In this document: positions 12,770 through 27,132 of the stretch, piece by piece | How positions within the stretch are numbered: position 1 is the stretch's first letter | How the letters are laid out: every line of letters begins with the position of its first letter | DNA from: Malacoraja senta | Taxonomy: Eukaryota | Direction: 5' to 3' | Length of the DNA stretch: 64,000 nucleotides | NCBI GenBank assembly: GCA_038087875.1 | Contig: CM075997.1 | Coordinates: 2,234,001 to 2,298,000 of the forward strand | Program-made: the position numbers and the translations under genes | Notes under the pieces: model-generated | Told to the model about the DNA's origin: nothing | Seen by the model: the letters and a program-made list of their open reading frames with translations, nothing else | The model's database searches: none

Positions 12770-13313
12770 GACAATAGACAATAGGTGCAGGAGTAGGCCA
12801 TTTGGCCCTTCGAGCCAGCACCGCCATTCAATGTGATCATGGCTGATCATCCCCAATCAGTACCCCGTTCCTGCCTTCTCCCCATATCCCCTGACTCCGC
12901 TATTTTTAAGAGCCCTATCTAGCTATCTCTTGAAAGCATCCAGAGAACCTGCCTCCACCGCCCTCTGAGGCAGAGAATTCCGCAGACTCACCACTCTCTG
13001 TGAGAAAAAGTGTTTCCTCGTCTCCGTTCTAAATGGCTTGCTCCTTATTCTTAAATTGTGGCCACTGGTTCTGGACTCCCCCAACATCGGGAACATGTTT
13101 CCTGCCTCTAGCGTGTCCAAGCCCTTAACAATCTTATATGTTTCAATGAGATCCCCTCTCATCCTTCTAAACTCCATAGTGTACAAGCCCAGCTGCTCCA
13201 ATCTCTCAGCATATGACAGTCCCGCCATCCCGGGAATTAACCTTGTAAACCTTGCACTCCCTCAATAGCAAGAATGTCCTTCCTCAAATTACGGGACCAA
13301 AACTGCACACAAT
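12770..13313 (-). mobile_element. CR1 LINE 3' fragment, (ctattgt)n-tailed subfamily
   Basis: ORF 12923-13228 is the CR1 RT C-terminus. Similar copies at about 14957-15255 (+), 28250-28803 (-), 38948-39178 (-), 52128-52538 (-). Confidence 0.85.
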
Positions 13314-15759
13314 GACGATTCGGGTTGGGACCCTTCAGTTCGAAGAAGGGTCTAGATCCTAAACGCCATCTATCCATGTTCTCCCGAGATGCTACCCGAC
13401 CCGTTGAGTTCCTCCAATAATCTGTGACTTCAACAGATGAATGGTAGTTATTTGTTTAAGAAAGAACTGCAGATGCTGGAAGAATCGAAGTTAAACAAAA
13501 AATACTGGAGAAACTCAGTGGGTGAGGCAGCATCTATGGAGAGAAGGAATAGGCAATGTTTTGGGTCGAGAGACCCAAAACATCGCCTATTCCTTCTCTC
13601 CATAGATGCTGCCTCGCCCGCTGAGTTTCTCCAGCATTTTTTGTCTACCAATGGTAGTTATTTGGATTGAGGGTGGAGCTGAAACACGTGGGAGGTGTTC
13701 TTGGTTGCAAGTATCACCTTTGACACTTATTGCTCAAGGAATCCTGAAACTCCAGTTTCTCCAAATTGTAAAGGTGTGTGCACACTGCTAATTAAACCAC
13801 TCAATGATTGTTCCTGTGGAATCCCAGTAGGAGTAACTTTAATACTCTAATTGCATTTGGGATGTTAGCCCTTCCCTTGGGCACCTCATGAAGAACAAGT
13901 CTTGGCAGCTTTGTCACATGGAGTTTACTGCTGCCTTTGTGAAATTTCTCATCCAGCTTTATCACGTCGAGAGTTTTATCCTGTTCTGCGTAAGTTGGTT
14001 CAATGATATTTAATTAAATGACTCAATCATACTTAATTGTCACAGGTACCTAGGTACAGTGAGATGTTTTGCATACAACCTGGTGAAATCATACAGCAGA
14101 CCTCACCTGGGCAGTACACGAGGCGCCACATTTCTGGCGGCAAAGAAAGTTATAAAGGTTCACCGAACAGTCCTATCTTCTGCCGGGACCCCCCCCCCCC
14201 CTTCATTCTGAGTGGTTTCCCCCCCCCCCTTGCCGAGTCCCCCCATTGTTCTGGACACTCCCACTGCCGGGTCCCCACATTGTTTCTCGGTCCCCACCCC
14301 CCTCTGTCGGGTCCCCCCCCCCGCTCTTTTTTCGGTGGTGATCAGTCAATTTCCTTGCATCTATGGGTGCAGCCTGATGTTGCCTTCAACATGCAGCAGT
14401 TGCTTCCATTCTGCATTCGGCCCATCTGCTCGGATAGCACAAGAAGCCTTAAATGTGGTTCGAGCTTCACTTGGTGAGAGGCTCCAATACTGATCCATGA
14501 CTGACCCCTACTTAGTGGTTGTAGGTAGTTCATACCAACCAATGAGGTGTCGGGCATGGCACTAGTCTCTCGTATGAAGGACTGCGTTCTAAATTGGTTC
14601 TGGAGGCCAGCTCAATGCTCCCGCATTTAACTGACGGAGAGACTGAAAAATTGTCCAAGATTTGTTCTTGGAGCCTGCTCCACCAAGCACAGGTTTTTCA
14701 TTTGATTTATACTGAGGTTCTGCGTGATGCCACATCAGTTGGAAAGCAGAGTTGAATAGCAATCTCCCTCGGCCCAGTTACCCTTGGTTCTCGTTGCTAT
14801 CTCTTGTTTCCTCTTGGGTTGCTTTCTAATTTGGACAAGCAAAGAGCAGGAAATCCCATTGGCCACCGCGTAGCATTGTTGACCTGGTTGGTTGTATATC
14901 TGGAGGTGTTACCCATGTTGTTGGTTGTCTATGTTCATAGTGCATCATCTTCCCTTCACAGTGTGAAAGGGCCACAGTTTAAGAATAAGGAGTAAGCCAT
15001 TTAGAACGGAGATGAAGAAACACTTTTTCACACAGAGAGTTGTGAGTCTGTGGAATTCTCTGCCTCAGAGGGCGGTGAAGGCCGGTTCTCTGGATACTTT
15101 CAAGAGAGAGCTAGATAGGGCTCTTAAAGATATGGGGATATGGGGAGAAGGCAGGAATGGGGTACTGATTGGAGATGATCAGCCATGATCACATTGAATG
15201 GCTTGAAGGACCGAATGGCCTACTCCTGCATCTATTGTCTGTTGTCTATTGTCTGTAAGTATTGCCATTCATTTTTGAGTCACGCCAAAGTGGGTTTAAT
15301 CCATTCCAATGGGAATCAAACTTAAAAAAAAAAAAAAAAAAATCACCATTACAATTTTCCTCCTGGTTCCTTTGCAGGAATGTTTCCCAAAGATGAGTTA
15401 TTTCCAGGCCTGTTAGTGACCTTAACTGTGATGCTGGGCTGAGTAGGTCACTGAGCAGAAGTGTTCAAGATGGCTTCTTCTACTGATGCCTATTAAATGG
15501 TGGGCCAATGCATTTATGGTGCACATCAGATATCACCCCTGCAATGGGTGTAATGTGGCTGAGCTTCCTGTCCACCTTCTCTTGGTCTTTGCTTATCAAG
15601 AAGGTCTTCAGACATGCAGTGGTATTTGATGGGGTTTATCTTGAGAGCTCTCTGGTAAAATGGCTCCTCCCTCGGTCACATACCAAGTCAAATGGCAACT
15701 GTTGCTGGAGACGATCAGCTTGGTAAATGGCGCATATTGGCCTGCACAAGACATTGAAC

Positions 15760-16143
15760 CAAAGATAGGCAAGATAGACCACTCCTGCTAAATGCAATGG
15801 GCTGACGTGTAGTACGCAACGGAGCGGAACGTGGGCCTTTTTTTCATCCATTTCAGTAACCCGACCCGACCCGACTCGCAGTGTAATCAACGTTGCGGGG
15901 GAACAGTTTGTGTTAATAAATTATAATTCTGAATATGAGGAGAAGAATTTTCCCAAATAACTTATTTTTACGAGGATGTTTCTGTAACCGGATTCTGTCT
16001 CTGCACTAGTATCCTACGGGATCTTTGGTGCGGAGACGGAAGCCGGTTACGGAAATGGGGCCGAAATTTACCCATGAATCGGCCCATGACCGTACTACGT
16101 CTTTTTCGTTGAGTGGACTATCTTGCTCGCTATAGGGTCTTTG
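15760..16143. mobile_element. Unclassified non-autonomous DNA transposon/MITE with nested inverted repeats
   Basis: caagatagaccactc (15770-15784) pairs with gagtggactatcttg (16111-16125); inner gtagtacg/cgtactac; internal inverted repeat at about 15980-16055. Confidence 0.6.
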
Positions 16144-19008
16144 CATAGAACAATACAGCACAAGACAGGCACTTTGGCCCACAATGTCTCTGCTGAATAT
16201 GATGCTTCTGTCTCATGTCTTGAGTTATGCCGAACCTGATGCCAAGACCATCTCTCATCTAGCTGTATCTGATCCATATCCCTCCATTCCCTGCATATCC
16301 ATACACCTGGATGTTGGCCTTCCAGTGCAGGGAGATGTGGGTAAGCAAATGCCATTGGAGCTCAGTTGGAGAACTAGGATGGGGGAGGGTGCAGGAAGGA
16401 ACTGCAGATGCTGGTTTAAACCGAAGATAGACACAAAAATCTGGAGTAACTCAGCGGGTGAGACAGCATCTCTGGTGAAAAGGAATGGGTGACATTTTGG
16501 GTCATGAAGAGTCTCGACCCGATACGTCACCCATTCCTTTTCTCCAGACATGCTGCCTGACATGCTGAGTTACTCCAGCTTCTTGTGTCTAACCGTGAAG
16601 GTTTGGTTGGGGATTAGAGATTAGAGATTCCTTTATTTGTCATTCAGACCCCTCGGTCTGAACGATGACCACAGCCTAGTTTTCTCCTGCCACCTCTGGA
16701 CATCGAGAGGCAGGGCCCAGTGTAACTACCTCTTAAACACTTCGTAGTGTATTTAAAGAGTAAACATGACATGTTGACACATTACATCATCAATTCAATA
16801 CATTCTCTAACAACCAAACTAGAGAAAGATCTGGGTAGACAAAAATGCTGGAGAAACTCAGCAGGTGAGGCAGCATCTATGGAGCGAAGGAATAGGTGAT
16901 GTTTTGGGTCACCTATTCCTTCGCTCCATAGATGCTGCCTCACCTGATGAGTTTCTCCAGCATTTCTGTCTACCTTCGATTTTTCCAGCATCTGCAGTTC
17001 TTTCTTAAACATAGAGAAAGATGTGAATCAATTAATCTATTAAAATTTGGGGGGGGGGGGAGTTAAAATTAATATTTTCACAACTACTTTTGCAAATGGA
17101 CACTGCCAGCAAGTAAATACAGCCTGAATTGAGCAGAATATGTAGTATAAATGATAACCACCAATACAGTTTATATTGATTTTACAAATTTGGCTTTAAA
17201 AAAAAAAACCCGAGCTAAATACCCGATAGCAGATAATGTCTCCTCGTAAGTCAATTCCTTTCAGCATCTAGATCTTTCTCTTTAGAAAATATCAGGTGTT
17301 TGATTTGAACCGCAGCCAAAAACTTGCATGAAGCCTCCTATCTGGAACCTTCAGCTAACAACACTGATTGAATTGACTTTGATGACACTTCCCATTTTGA
17401 CTTTAAAGGGGTCACTGTTTCACTTTCAGTGGATTACAATACATGGTGGATTGTGTGGCTAATGTCACAAAAGACTGACCGCTAACCTCTAATCAGCATT
17501 TCCATGGGAGTTACATGGATACAACAAGTTTGGAGGGATATGGACCAAACGCGGGCAGGTGGGACCAGTGTTGATGGGACATGTTGGCCGGTGTGGGCAA
17601 GTTGGGCCGAAGGGCCTGTTTCCACACCGTATCACTCTATAACTCGGAGAGAATTTTGTGGCTATTGATTTACAACTAATACTGTGGTGCCAAATGTGAC
17701 TTCACTCTCAATGTAGTTATCTTCTTAGTTTGGTATTGTCCTTTCTCAAGTTGGGTTGCCCAGACTGAAAAGTCTGGGTAATCTTTTCAGCCTTGTTGAT
17801 TGAAATTGATAATTGTGCATTTTTTTTAAACGTTTGGGAGTTTTCTGATTGCTGCAGGATTAAAAGATCAAATTCTGCTGTTCAGCAATTGGAATCATAA
17901 ACTGACACTGCAGGAAAAAGGCCCTTCAGCCCCTTGACTCTGTGCTGACCACGTGCACCAATCCTACACTACTCCCATTATTTTCATTATTCTCCCCTCA
18001 TTTCCGTCAATCCTCCCTCATCCGCACACAAGGGGCATTTTACAGCAGCCAATTAACCTTTTATCGCATGTCTTTGGGATCTGGGAGGAAACCGGAGCGC
18101 CAGGGGAATACCCACGCAGTCACAGGGAGAACATGCAAACTCCATATGGACATCGCCCATGATCAGCGTTGGAACTGGATCTCTGGGGCTTTGAGGAACT
18201 GCCCTACTAACTGCTCACTGTGTCACCCCGATTCTGTAAGGAACCATTCATTGGCGCAACAGTGGCAGAGATCGGGATTCGATCCTGACCATGGGTGCTG
18301 TCTGTGCGGAGTTTGTATGTTCTCCCTGTGACCGTGTTAGTTTTCTCTGGGTGCTTCTGTTTCCTCCCACGTTCCTAAGACGTGCGAGTTTGTAGGTCAA
18401 TTGGCCCTCTGTAAATTTCCCTTCGTGTGTAGGGAGTGGATGAGAAAGTGGGCTAACATAGAACTAGTGTGAATGGGTGATCGACGGTCTGCATGGAATC
18501 GGTGTGCCGAAGGGCCTGTTTCCACGCTGTTTTTCTAAACTAGACTTAACTAAACCATGGCATTCTGCACATGGGTGTTCAAGTGCAGAGGTCCGTGATG
18601 AGGTTGTTATGGATGATCCTCCGCTACTGAGCTCACCACACGTGCAGCAGTGATGAGACAGAGAGACAGACTGGTGAATCACTCATCCATTCCTCAGCCC
18701 AAGTTAATTTGCTTTTAATGTTTAAAAAAAAAAAAAAAGTTTAATTTGTTAAAACACCAACAGAAAAGCTGGAAGAACTTTTAAAACTTCAGTATAAAGA
18801 TGTTGTACTCTCAGTTCAGAATCTCTTTCTCAGAATGGCTTCTCTCTTCATGGATGCTGCTTGATCTGCTGAGTTCTTCCGCCATTTCTAATTTTGTTTC
18901 GGATTCCCACATCTGCCGTATCGCTTTGAATTTTTTTTCCTATATTATTAAAACCTGGTCTGTAGCCTCAGAGTGGTGAGCTGTTGTGTTGTGGCGATAT
19001 GGCATCTC

Positions 19009-19333
19009 TTTTTTAAATTATTATTATTTTTTTTTAATATGTAGAAATGATAATAAACTACAGAGTTCTTACATAGCTTCAATTTTTAAACTTTTTTTTT
19101 TAAGAAAAGAAATAAAGAAAGAAAGAGATAAGAGAAATTGTAAACTAATAGAAAGAAAAAAAGCAAGAAGGAAAGGAGATTACAAATATAAAGATTGTGG
19201 AGATAGATCCGGGAGATATTGATTATAGTAGTTTATCCAACCCTAAACTCAAGTTGTGACTTTAATTTTGTGTTGAACCAGTTTACTTTTTTAAAACATT
19301 CAATAAACGGAGTCCATGTTTTAAAAATTAATG
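19009..19333 (-). mobile_element. L1-clade LINE extreme 3' fragment
   Basis: Minus strand reads KTWTPFIECF (L1 ORF2 end), then a pyrimidine-rich UTR and A-rich tail; 9-bp direct repeat tggcatctc at 19000-19008 and 19334-19342. Confidence 0.65.
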
Positions 19334-20172
19334 TGGCATCTCGACAAAGAATCGAGCGTGTGGGCTTAAACTTGGCGTTGTCTCGGGCATCTATGGGGTC
19401 GGGAGGGTGATGGATATCTATACCGAGGGCTGAAAGGGTGCGGTCCGGTCTGGCTGGGTGTTGGAGGTTTACGGGTTGGACACACTGAGGCGTTTGATTG
19501 TGTGTGGAACTTGTTCACTTTCTGATGTTTAATAATCATAGAGTCATACAGCGTGGAGACGGGTCCTTCACCCCAACCTGCCCACACCAACCAACACTGC
19601 ACTAATCTGTCTGCACTCACACCTGCCTGCCCTTGGCCCATATCCCTCTAAACCTATCCTATCCATGTACCTGTCCAAATGCTTTTTGAATGTTGTAATT
19701 GTACTAGCTCTACTACCTCCTCTGGTAGCTCGTTCCATGTACCTCCCACTCTTTGTGTAAGAAATGAAAGAGAAAAAAAAAAGTTGCCCCTTGAATTTCT
19801 ATTAAATCCATCTCCCCCCCCCCCTCAACTTAAATCTATTCCCTCCGGTATTTGATTCCACTGGTCTGGGAAAAAGGGATGTTGGTTTGTACATGAGGGA
19901 AGGAATCTTGCGGCAGCGTATATGCTGTATGGATCTTCTTGTGTATGGCGTGCACAGCCTAAAGCTGTCGGACAACTTGTTCTATTCGATTTTATTTGAT
20001 TGCATTCGTCGAAACAGGGTGGACCAGGTGAAGGTTGCAATCTCCCGCCCCACTGTATGCATGGAGCTCTGGTGCACTGTTAACATGCATATCTAAAATC
20101 TAAGATGTGTGGAAGTTTTAACATTTTTTTTTTCTCTCTCTCTCTCTCCCTTTCTCCTTTGCCGTCTTATAG

Positions 20173-20191
20173 ACAAATGTCCACCGGACCG
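20173..20191 (+). CDS. CAPNS1: Calpain small subunit 1, 19-nt micro-exon ((G)QMSTGP)
   Basis: Long pyrimidine tract, ttatag acceptor, CCG|gtgagt donor; converts phase 2 to phase 0 as required. Confidence 0.8.
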
Positions 20192-21443
20192 GTGAGTACA
20201 TCCAACCTGCCTTTCTCTTTGAAGCCAGTCGGGATTAATAGTTGGTTTAAGTTTAGAGTGTTCACACTTGTGCTGTGCGTCATGTTCTAACTGTAGACTG
20301 ATCTTCGATAGTCTGGGACAGTGGTGGGGAGGGATCTATCCTGAACATATAAAATTATAAAAGGACTGGACAAGCTAGATGCAGGACAAGCTAGATGTTC
20401 CCAATGTGGGTCGAGTCCAGAACCAGGGGCCACAGTCTTAGAATAAAGGGGAGGCCATTTAAGACTGAGGTGAGAAAAAAAAAATTCACCCAGAGAGTTG
20501 TGAATTTGTGGAATTCCCTGCCACAGAGGGCAGTGGAGGCCAAATCACTGGATGGATTTAAGAGAGAGTTGGATAGAGCTCTAGGGGCTAGTGGAATCGA
20601 GGGATATGGGGAGAAGGCAGGCACGGGTTATTGATTGGGGACGATCAGCCATGATCGCAATGAATGGCGGTGCTGGCTCGAAGGGCCGAATGGCCTCCTC
20701 CTGCACCTATTTATTATGTTTCTATGACCCTTGTGCTCCTGGGAAGTAGTAACGTTGCCTGAAACCATCGGCTTGCATTCTGATCGTTTGGCCCATGAAC
20801 AATCATTCCTAGATAGTTACTGGAGGATAAAGATTACATATTTTTGTTTACTGAAGAGTTGGGCTCACTAGGTGGGGAGGATTCATGGATTAATCAAATT
20901 TGAAATACTTCATAGACACAATGCTGGAGTAAATTAGTAGGTCAGTAACTGACCCGGTCAGATACCTGACCCAGTAACTAAACCAGCAATTACAGTTCCT
21001 TCCCACATTACTGAAACACTTTACTACTGCCTATGGTGATGGGGTGTACGCAACTGTGGGTCCTTGGATGTTGGGAAGGGAAGAGCTGGAGGAATGGAAA
21101 GGGGCAGGTGTTGCCTTCCCTGCAGTGGCATGTGATGGGCTGTGGTTAGTGAGATCAGTTGTTTAATGGGGTCATTATCTGGGGGAGGGGGAGATCAAAG
21201 GAGGACCTGGTATGGGAAACTGCTGTGGGGGAGAGGGGGGGGGGATGAATAAAGGACCTGAGAGTGGGGGAACCTCTTTTTTGGGGGGGGGAAGTGGAAC
21301 CGACGATGGGGAGGGTGGTCGAATAAGGAGGCCTTGGCATGGGATACTTTGTAACCTTGTCGGCGCCCTTTATGTAGCGACTCTTTGCATACCTTGTGTA
21401 TGCAAAATGAAGGATCTCACTGACTCATCGCATGTGACAGTTA

Positions 21444-21784
21444 TGGGCCTGCCCCACTTACATGACTTTTTCAGCGACTGCCGGCACCTGTCATAGGTCG
21501 TGGCAGGTCGACGAAAATGTTCAACATGTTGAAAATCCAGCAGCGACTAGAAAGATGCTACGACTCTTTGGGCGACTGAGGAGACGACTCATGGCCATAC
21601 AGATGACATTCTGGCGACATGTCGCGGGGTGAAGCCTGTATGGTCGTGAGTAGTCGCCCAAAGAGCCGTACCTTGTTCTGGTCGCCGCGGGATTTTCAAC
21701 ATGTTGAACATTTTCGGCGACCTGGAACGACCTATGACAGGTGCTGGCAGGTGCTGAAAAAGTTGTGTTAGTGGGACAGGCCCA
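21444..21784. mobile_element. PIF/Harbinger-type MITE
   Basis: TIR TGGGCCTGcCCCACT...AGTGGGACAGGCCCA, TTA on both sides, largely palindromic body. Confidence 0.8.
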
Positions 21785-22060
21785 TTAATGTAATAACTTG
21801 CAAGAATATGCAAGTTATTACATTAATGGGGTCATTAATGTAAGTCAGAATTGTCAATGCAACCAATATCCTGGAGCAGGCTAGCTCCTTGAATTAACGT
21901 TATCAATCCTTTAGGGTTGGGAAAGTTGTGGGCATTGATTGTGGCCAAAATGATTTCCTTGTCTCAAGCTCATTAACACAAGGTTATGATCACATTTAGT
22001 AGTAGGGCTGTCTGTTGGGCTCCTATGACTTCTGCCGACTCTTTGACTCTTGCTTTGTAG

Positions 22061-22153
22061 GCCGAGCAGCCCCGCCATGTTTCACAGATTGAGTCCAGTG
22101 AGAACGAAGAGCAAAGAAGGTTCCGGCAAATCTTCAAACGGCTGGCTGGAGAT
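22061..22153 (+). CDS. CAPNS1: Calpain small subunit 1 exon (AEQPRHVSQIESSENEEQRRFRQIFKRLAGD)
   Basis: ttgtag|...|gtaagt; aligns with mammalian ..NESEEVRQFRRLFAQLAGD. Confidence 0.95.
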
Positions 22154-22619
22154 GTAAGTATGAAATGTGCACGCGACTGACCACTCGCTCGTTCGAAACT
22201 CTTTGACCATGCAAGGTCTGCAGGCTTGTCCCACATTAAGTTGGATACTGCTCTTGGGGCTAATGCAATCAAGGGATGTGGGGAGAGAAAGCAGGAACGG
22301 GGCACTGATTCTGGATGATCAGCCACGATCATATTGAATGGCAGTGCTGGCTCGAAGGGCCGAATGGCCCACTCCTGCACCTATTTTTTATGCTTTTATG
22401 TAAGCGCCTGTGGATCTGGCACAGAGGAAGAGATGAAACCTGGGGCAGAGCAGCCTTGGTCATGTTGAACGGTGGTGCATGTTCTCGGGGGTTATGTGGC
22501 TGATTGCTGCTCCTATTGCCCAGTGCATGGGGGTGGGGGGAGTGAAGGGAAAGTGAATGAACGTATCCTGTAACATTAGGGAACTTGATGTAGATGATGC
22601 TGCTGAGCTTTTTGCAGGC

Positions 22620-22657
<38 letters not shown>

Positions 22658-23396
22658 TCAACAGACCTACCCTTAATTAGCTTTCGACCCAACCTTTAAT
22701 AAGCAACTGCTGGAGGCAGTGAGCGGAGAAAACTGCCTTGGGTCATTCCTCCCTACCCCCCTCCCTCTTTTGGGAAGCAATAGACAGAAACTATTGTGGG
22801 CGGCACAGTGGTGCTGCTGGTAGAGCTGCTACCTTGCAGTTCCAACAACCTGGCTTCAATCCTGCTCTCTGGTCTCTTGTCTTTGTGGAGTTTGCATGCT
22901 CTCACTGTGACCACGTGGGTTTCCTCCGGGTGCTCCGGTTTCCACCCGCATTCCATTGACGCGAGGATTCAACAGGCTAATTAGCTGCTGTAAATAATCA
23001 AGAATGTTTTTTAAAATGGTCTAATGCACTGAGAACAGAACAATGCAATTCTTGTGTGGGAAGGAACCGCAGATGCTGGTTTAAACCGAAGATAGACACA
23101 AAGTGCAGAAGTGACTCGGAGGGACAGGCAGCATGTCTGGAGAAAAGGAATGTGTTTCGGGGCAAAAACCGAGAAATAAATTCTTGTTGCAGCTTTACAG
23201 GCTCATCAATGCAACAAATAATTGATTGTATTATTGCTTATAGTATATTTATCAGTTATACTAGGTAACCAGACCATGTAAAGTGTCGAGATGTAGAAAC
23301 AAAGATGCAGGAGTATAATACATAAAAGGGCACAAAGTGCTGGAGTAACTCAACAGGTCAGGCAGCATCTCTGATATTGCCTGACTTGCTGAGTTA

Positions 23397-23664
23397 AGGG
23401 CCTGTCCCACTTTCACGACTTAATTCTTTCATCCTGACCATTTTTTTTTTACCCCGTGGACATTTTTTTAACGGGCTGGAAAAAACGTCCCGACTTACCT
23501 GATGCCACGAGTACCTATGGCTGGCATAACGAGCCGCTACGATATATCTACGGACTCCTCCGACCTCCTAGGGACTCATTACGAATATTCTGCGAGTTTG
23601 AATCGGGGGGGGGGGGAAACTTGGGAGAATTCGTGAATTACCTCGTCAAGGTGGGACAGGCCCT
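23397..23664. mobile_element. PIF/Harbinger-type MITE
   Basis: AGGGCCTGTCCCACT TIR; TTA/TCA flanks; interrupts a PLE terminal repeat. Confidence 0.75.
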
Positions 23665-25151
23665 TCACTCGCCCATTTTATGTAAAGAGTCCATAGCCAT
23701 TCAGAGTACAACTTATAAAGAGTGCATGGTCATGAGTAATGCCATCTAGAAAGAGTCCAAAGGAATTCATTGCTGGGGTAGGGTTGAGGTAGCGGTTGAG
23801 CAGAGGGGTTCAATGGACTGATGGCTAATGGGAATGTTGGTGAAATAAAATGGAACTAATTCATTACGGAATAATGAAAGGCATAGATAGAGTGGATGTG
23901 GAAAGGATGTTTCCACCGGTGGGAGAGTCTAGGACCAGAGGTCGTAGCCTCAGAATTAAAGGGCGCTCTTTTAGAAAGGAGGTGAGGAGAAACTTCTTTA
24001 GTCGGAGGGTAGTTAATCTGTGGAACTCATTGGCACAGGGCTGTGGAGGACGTCGGTGGATATTGTTGAGGCAGAGGTAGACAAATTCTAAACAGATTAG
24101 AACGGGTGTCAAGGGTTATGGAGAGAAGGCAGGAAAATGGGATTAGGAGGCCGAGATCAGCCATGATTGAATGGCGGAGTGGATTTGATGGGCTGAATGC
24201 CCTAATTCTACTCCTATAACTTGTGTAATGTGCGTGGGTGTTAACGGTGTTACAATCTTGGGAATAGTTTGTGCTTTGATTAAATAAACCGATACCATCT
24301 ACATGACCCTTGACAGTAGGGATCCACCACCCCTTCACAGCTCAGCTGAGTTCATAGATAGAAGCATCTGCAGGCCATTCAGCCCCTTGTTCCTGCCATG
24401 CCAAGGGTTGCCATGTGGCTCTTTTACCACTGTGCCGCGTTCTTGCACGAAACTCAGACCTCCCATTCTCTACATATCTAAAATTTGATGATCTCTCTTG
24501 AATACACTCAGTAAATGAACCTCCGTTGCCTTCTGGATTGACAATGGTTTATTCCTGCCACATGTACAAAAGGCAAACGTGTTTTGGATAAATCGAAGAT
24601 AGACACAAAATGCTGGAGTAACTCAGCGCTACTGGCGGCATCTCTGGAGAGAAGGAATGGTGCCTTCTCATTCCCATTCCTTCCCATTCCTTCTCTCCAG
24701 AGATGCTGCCTGTCCCGCTGAGTTACTCCAGCATTTTTGTGTATCTTCGATTTAAACCAGCATCTGCAGTTCCTTCCCACACAATGTTTTGGATAAACTT
24801 GGACAACTTTATCTTGCATGCTATCCTGACAGATCATTACTGTACAATCATACCATACATGACTGCAATGGGTAGTGCAAGTTGAAAAATAAAACTGGGT
24901 GCTGAATGTAGTGTTACAGCTATGGTAACACTAAAAAAAAAAAAAGTTCAGGGGCTGAAATAAGGTAGATTGGACTATCAGGAATTCATCCTTGGCGTTC
25001 AAGAGGTCTGTTCAAGGTTTGATAACAGTGGAGATGAAACTATTTTTAAATCTGGTTGTTGGTTTCCTTGTGTTCTTCCTGCAGTTGGTGCCTGAATAGT
25101 CACTTTGAATTAATGCCAAGTATTGTAGTCTAAAGGATTTTTATTTTGCAG

Positions 25152-25209
25152 GACATGGAGGTTAGTCCTACAGAACTGATGAATATGCTCAACCAAATTA
25201 TATGCAGAC
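25152..25209 (+). CDS. CAPNS1: Calpain small subunit 1 exon, 58 nt (DMEVSPTELMNMLNQIICR)
   Basis: ttgcag|...|gtaagt; penta-EF-hand EF1 region. Confidence 0.97.
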
Positions 25210-27132
25210 GTAAGTAGGGTTTTTATATTTTGTGCCCTTGAAGCTACATAGCTCTGATTTTTATATGAAGTTTTGTATTTTTAAGTGTTAAGCGTGGCAC
25301 CGTTTCGAACTCAAGTTTCCAACTCGGGAATCTGACCATTGTTTTCTTAAATCACAGTTATGAGAGGGTGTAGGTCTGACAGGAAGTTTTTTTTTTGATA
25401 CTTTAAATTTGCGAATTCCCAGTTGGTTTTCTATTCAATGTAAATTCCTCTACTTGCACCAGTTGGATTGGATTTTGATTTTCTTAATTAGCTGCAGGGT
25501 TCAGCCATAGACCACATTTTATGTGAAGGTTTGTTAGAAAATTAACCGTGGGAAACCTTGGCTAAATAAATGATTCTTGGATAAACTCATCCTCACTTCA
25601 TTTGTACCATTGCAAACGAAAGTGCAACACAGTGGCTTAGTTGGTAGAGCTGTTGCCTCACAGCTCCAGAGGCTCGTGTACGATCCTGACCTTGGGTGCT
25701 GTCTGTGTGCAGTTTGCAGCTACTCCCTGTGACCGTGTGAGATCGCTCTGGTTTCCTCTCGCGCCTCAAAGATGTGTGGGTTTGTTGGATAATTGGCTCT
25801 ATAAAATGTCTCTGGTGTGTAGGGAGTGATGGGAAAGTGAGATAACATAGTGGGGTCGGCATGGAATCGTTGGGCCGAAGGGCCTGTTTCTGTGCTATAT
25901 CTTTCAGTCAAGTATTTGTAGTCAAAGGGTTAATATAAATATACTAGGAAGCTATGAGGGTATTGGGAATATGATAAAGTTACCATATACTATTAAGTGT
26001 TATTTGAGTTTGTGATCTTTGCTTCATTTCCCAGTGGAGCTTTATTAGATTAGGAAAGATACACACATTAGTCTTTGATTTATTCCCACAGTGAATTGGG
26101 TGCATATTCATTTCTAAGTGAAGTAAATCTGATGTGTACTGATATCCTTGCCATCGCTCAGCTGAGCAATAGCCAACCCTAACCACGGCATGGCTTGAGA
26201 CTGAACTAACTAAAGGGTCTACTTTCTTTATCAAAGAAATGTTGGATTTGTTTACAATAGAATCCAATTGCGTTGATCACTTATTTTGTGAAAGTAAAAT
26301 GTACTGACTTCATTTGCCACTTTACAGTTCAATGGCCCACAGAATAACATTCTAACATTGGTCTAACAATGGATTCATTATTCAAAATTTTAAATTATTT
26401 TAGAAATAACAAACTTCAGATGCTGGAGTAACTCAGTGTGTCAAGCAGAATCTCTGGAGAAGGTGGATAGATCATAAGTGATAGTAGAATTAGGCCATTT
26501 GGCCCATCAAGTCTACTCCAAGATTCAATCATGGCTGATCTATCATAGACACAAAAAGCTGGAGTAACTCAACGGGACAGGCAGCATCTCCGGAGAGAAG
26601 GAATGGGTGACGTTTCCGGTCGAGACCCTTCTTCAGTCAGTTACTCCAGAATTTTGTGTCCACCTTCGGTTTAAACCAACATTTCCTACACATGGCTGAT
26701 CTATCTCTCCCTTTTAACCCATTCTCCTGCCTTCTCCCCAGAACTTCTGACACCTGTACTAATCAAGAATCTAACTATCTCTGCCTTAAATATATCCACT
26801 GACTTTGCCTTCTGTGGAGGCAAAAGAGATTTTTTTAAACAATTAGAAATATTACTTTTGGACTGGACATGGCATAATGGTGATGGGTGTCCACTGCCTT
26901 TTCATTTATGTTTATTGTTTTATTGATGATTTGCCTCAAAATGGGCACCTGGTTGTTCTTTGATCATTGTGGGGCAGCCCTTGGTTGTTTAAAGTGGCAG
27001 AAGGTGTTTCGTCTACAATGGTCATTGGAGCCATTCAATTGCACTGGAAAGTGGGATTGGTATAGAGGTGAACATGAGTGGCTTCGACTTCATTGCTGTG
27101 TGACTGGCAAAGAGGTTTGAGGACAATACGGT

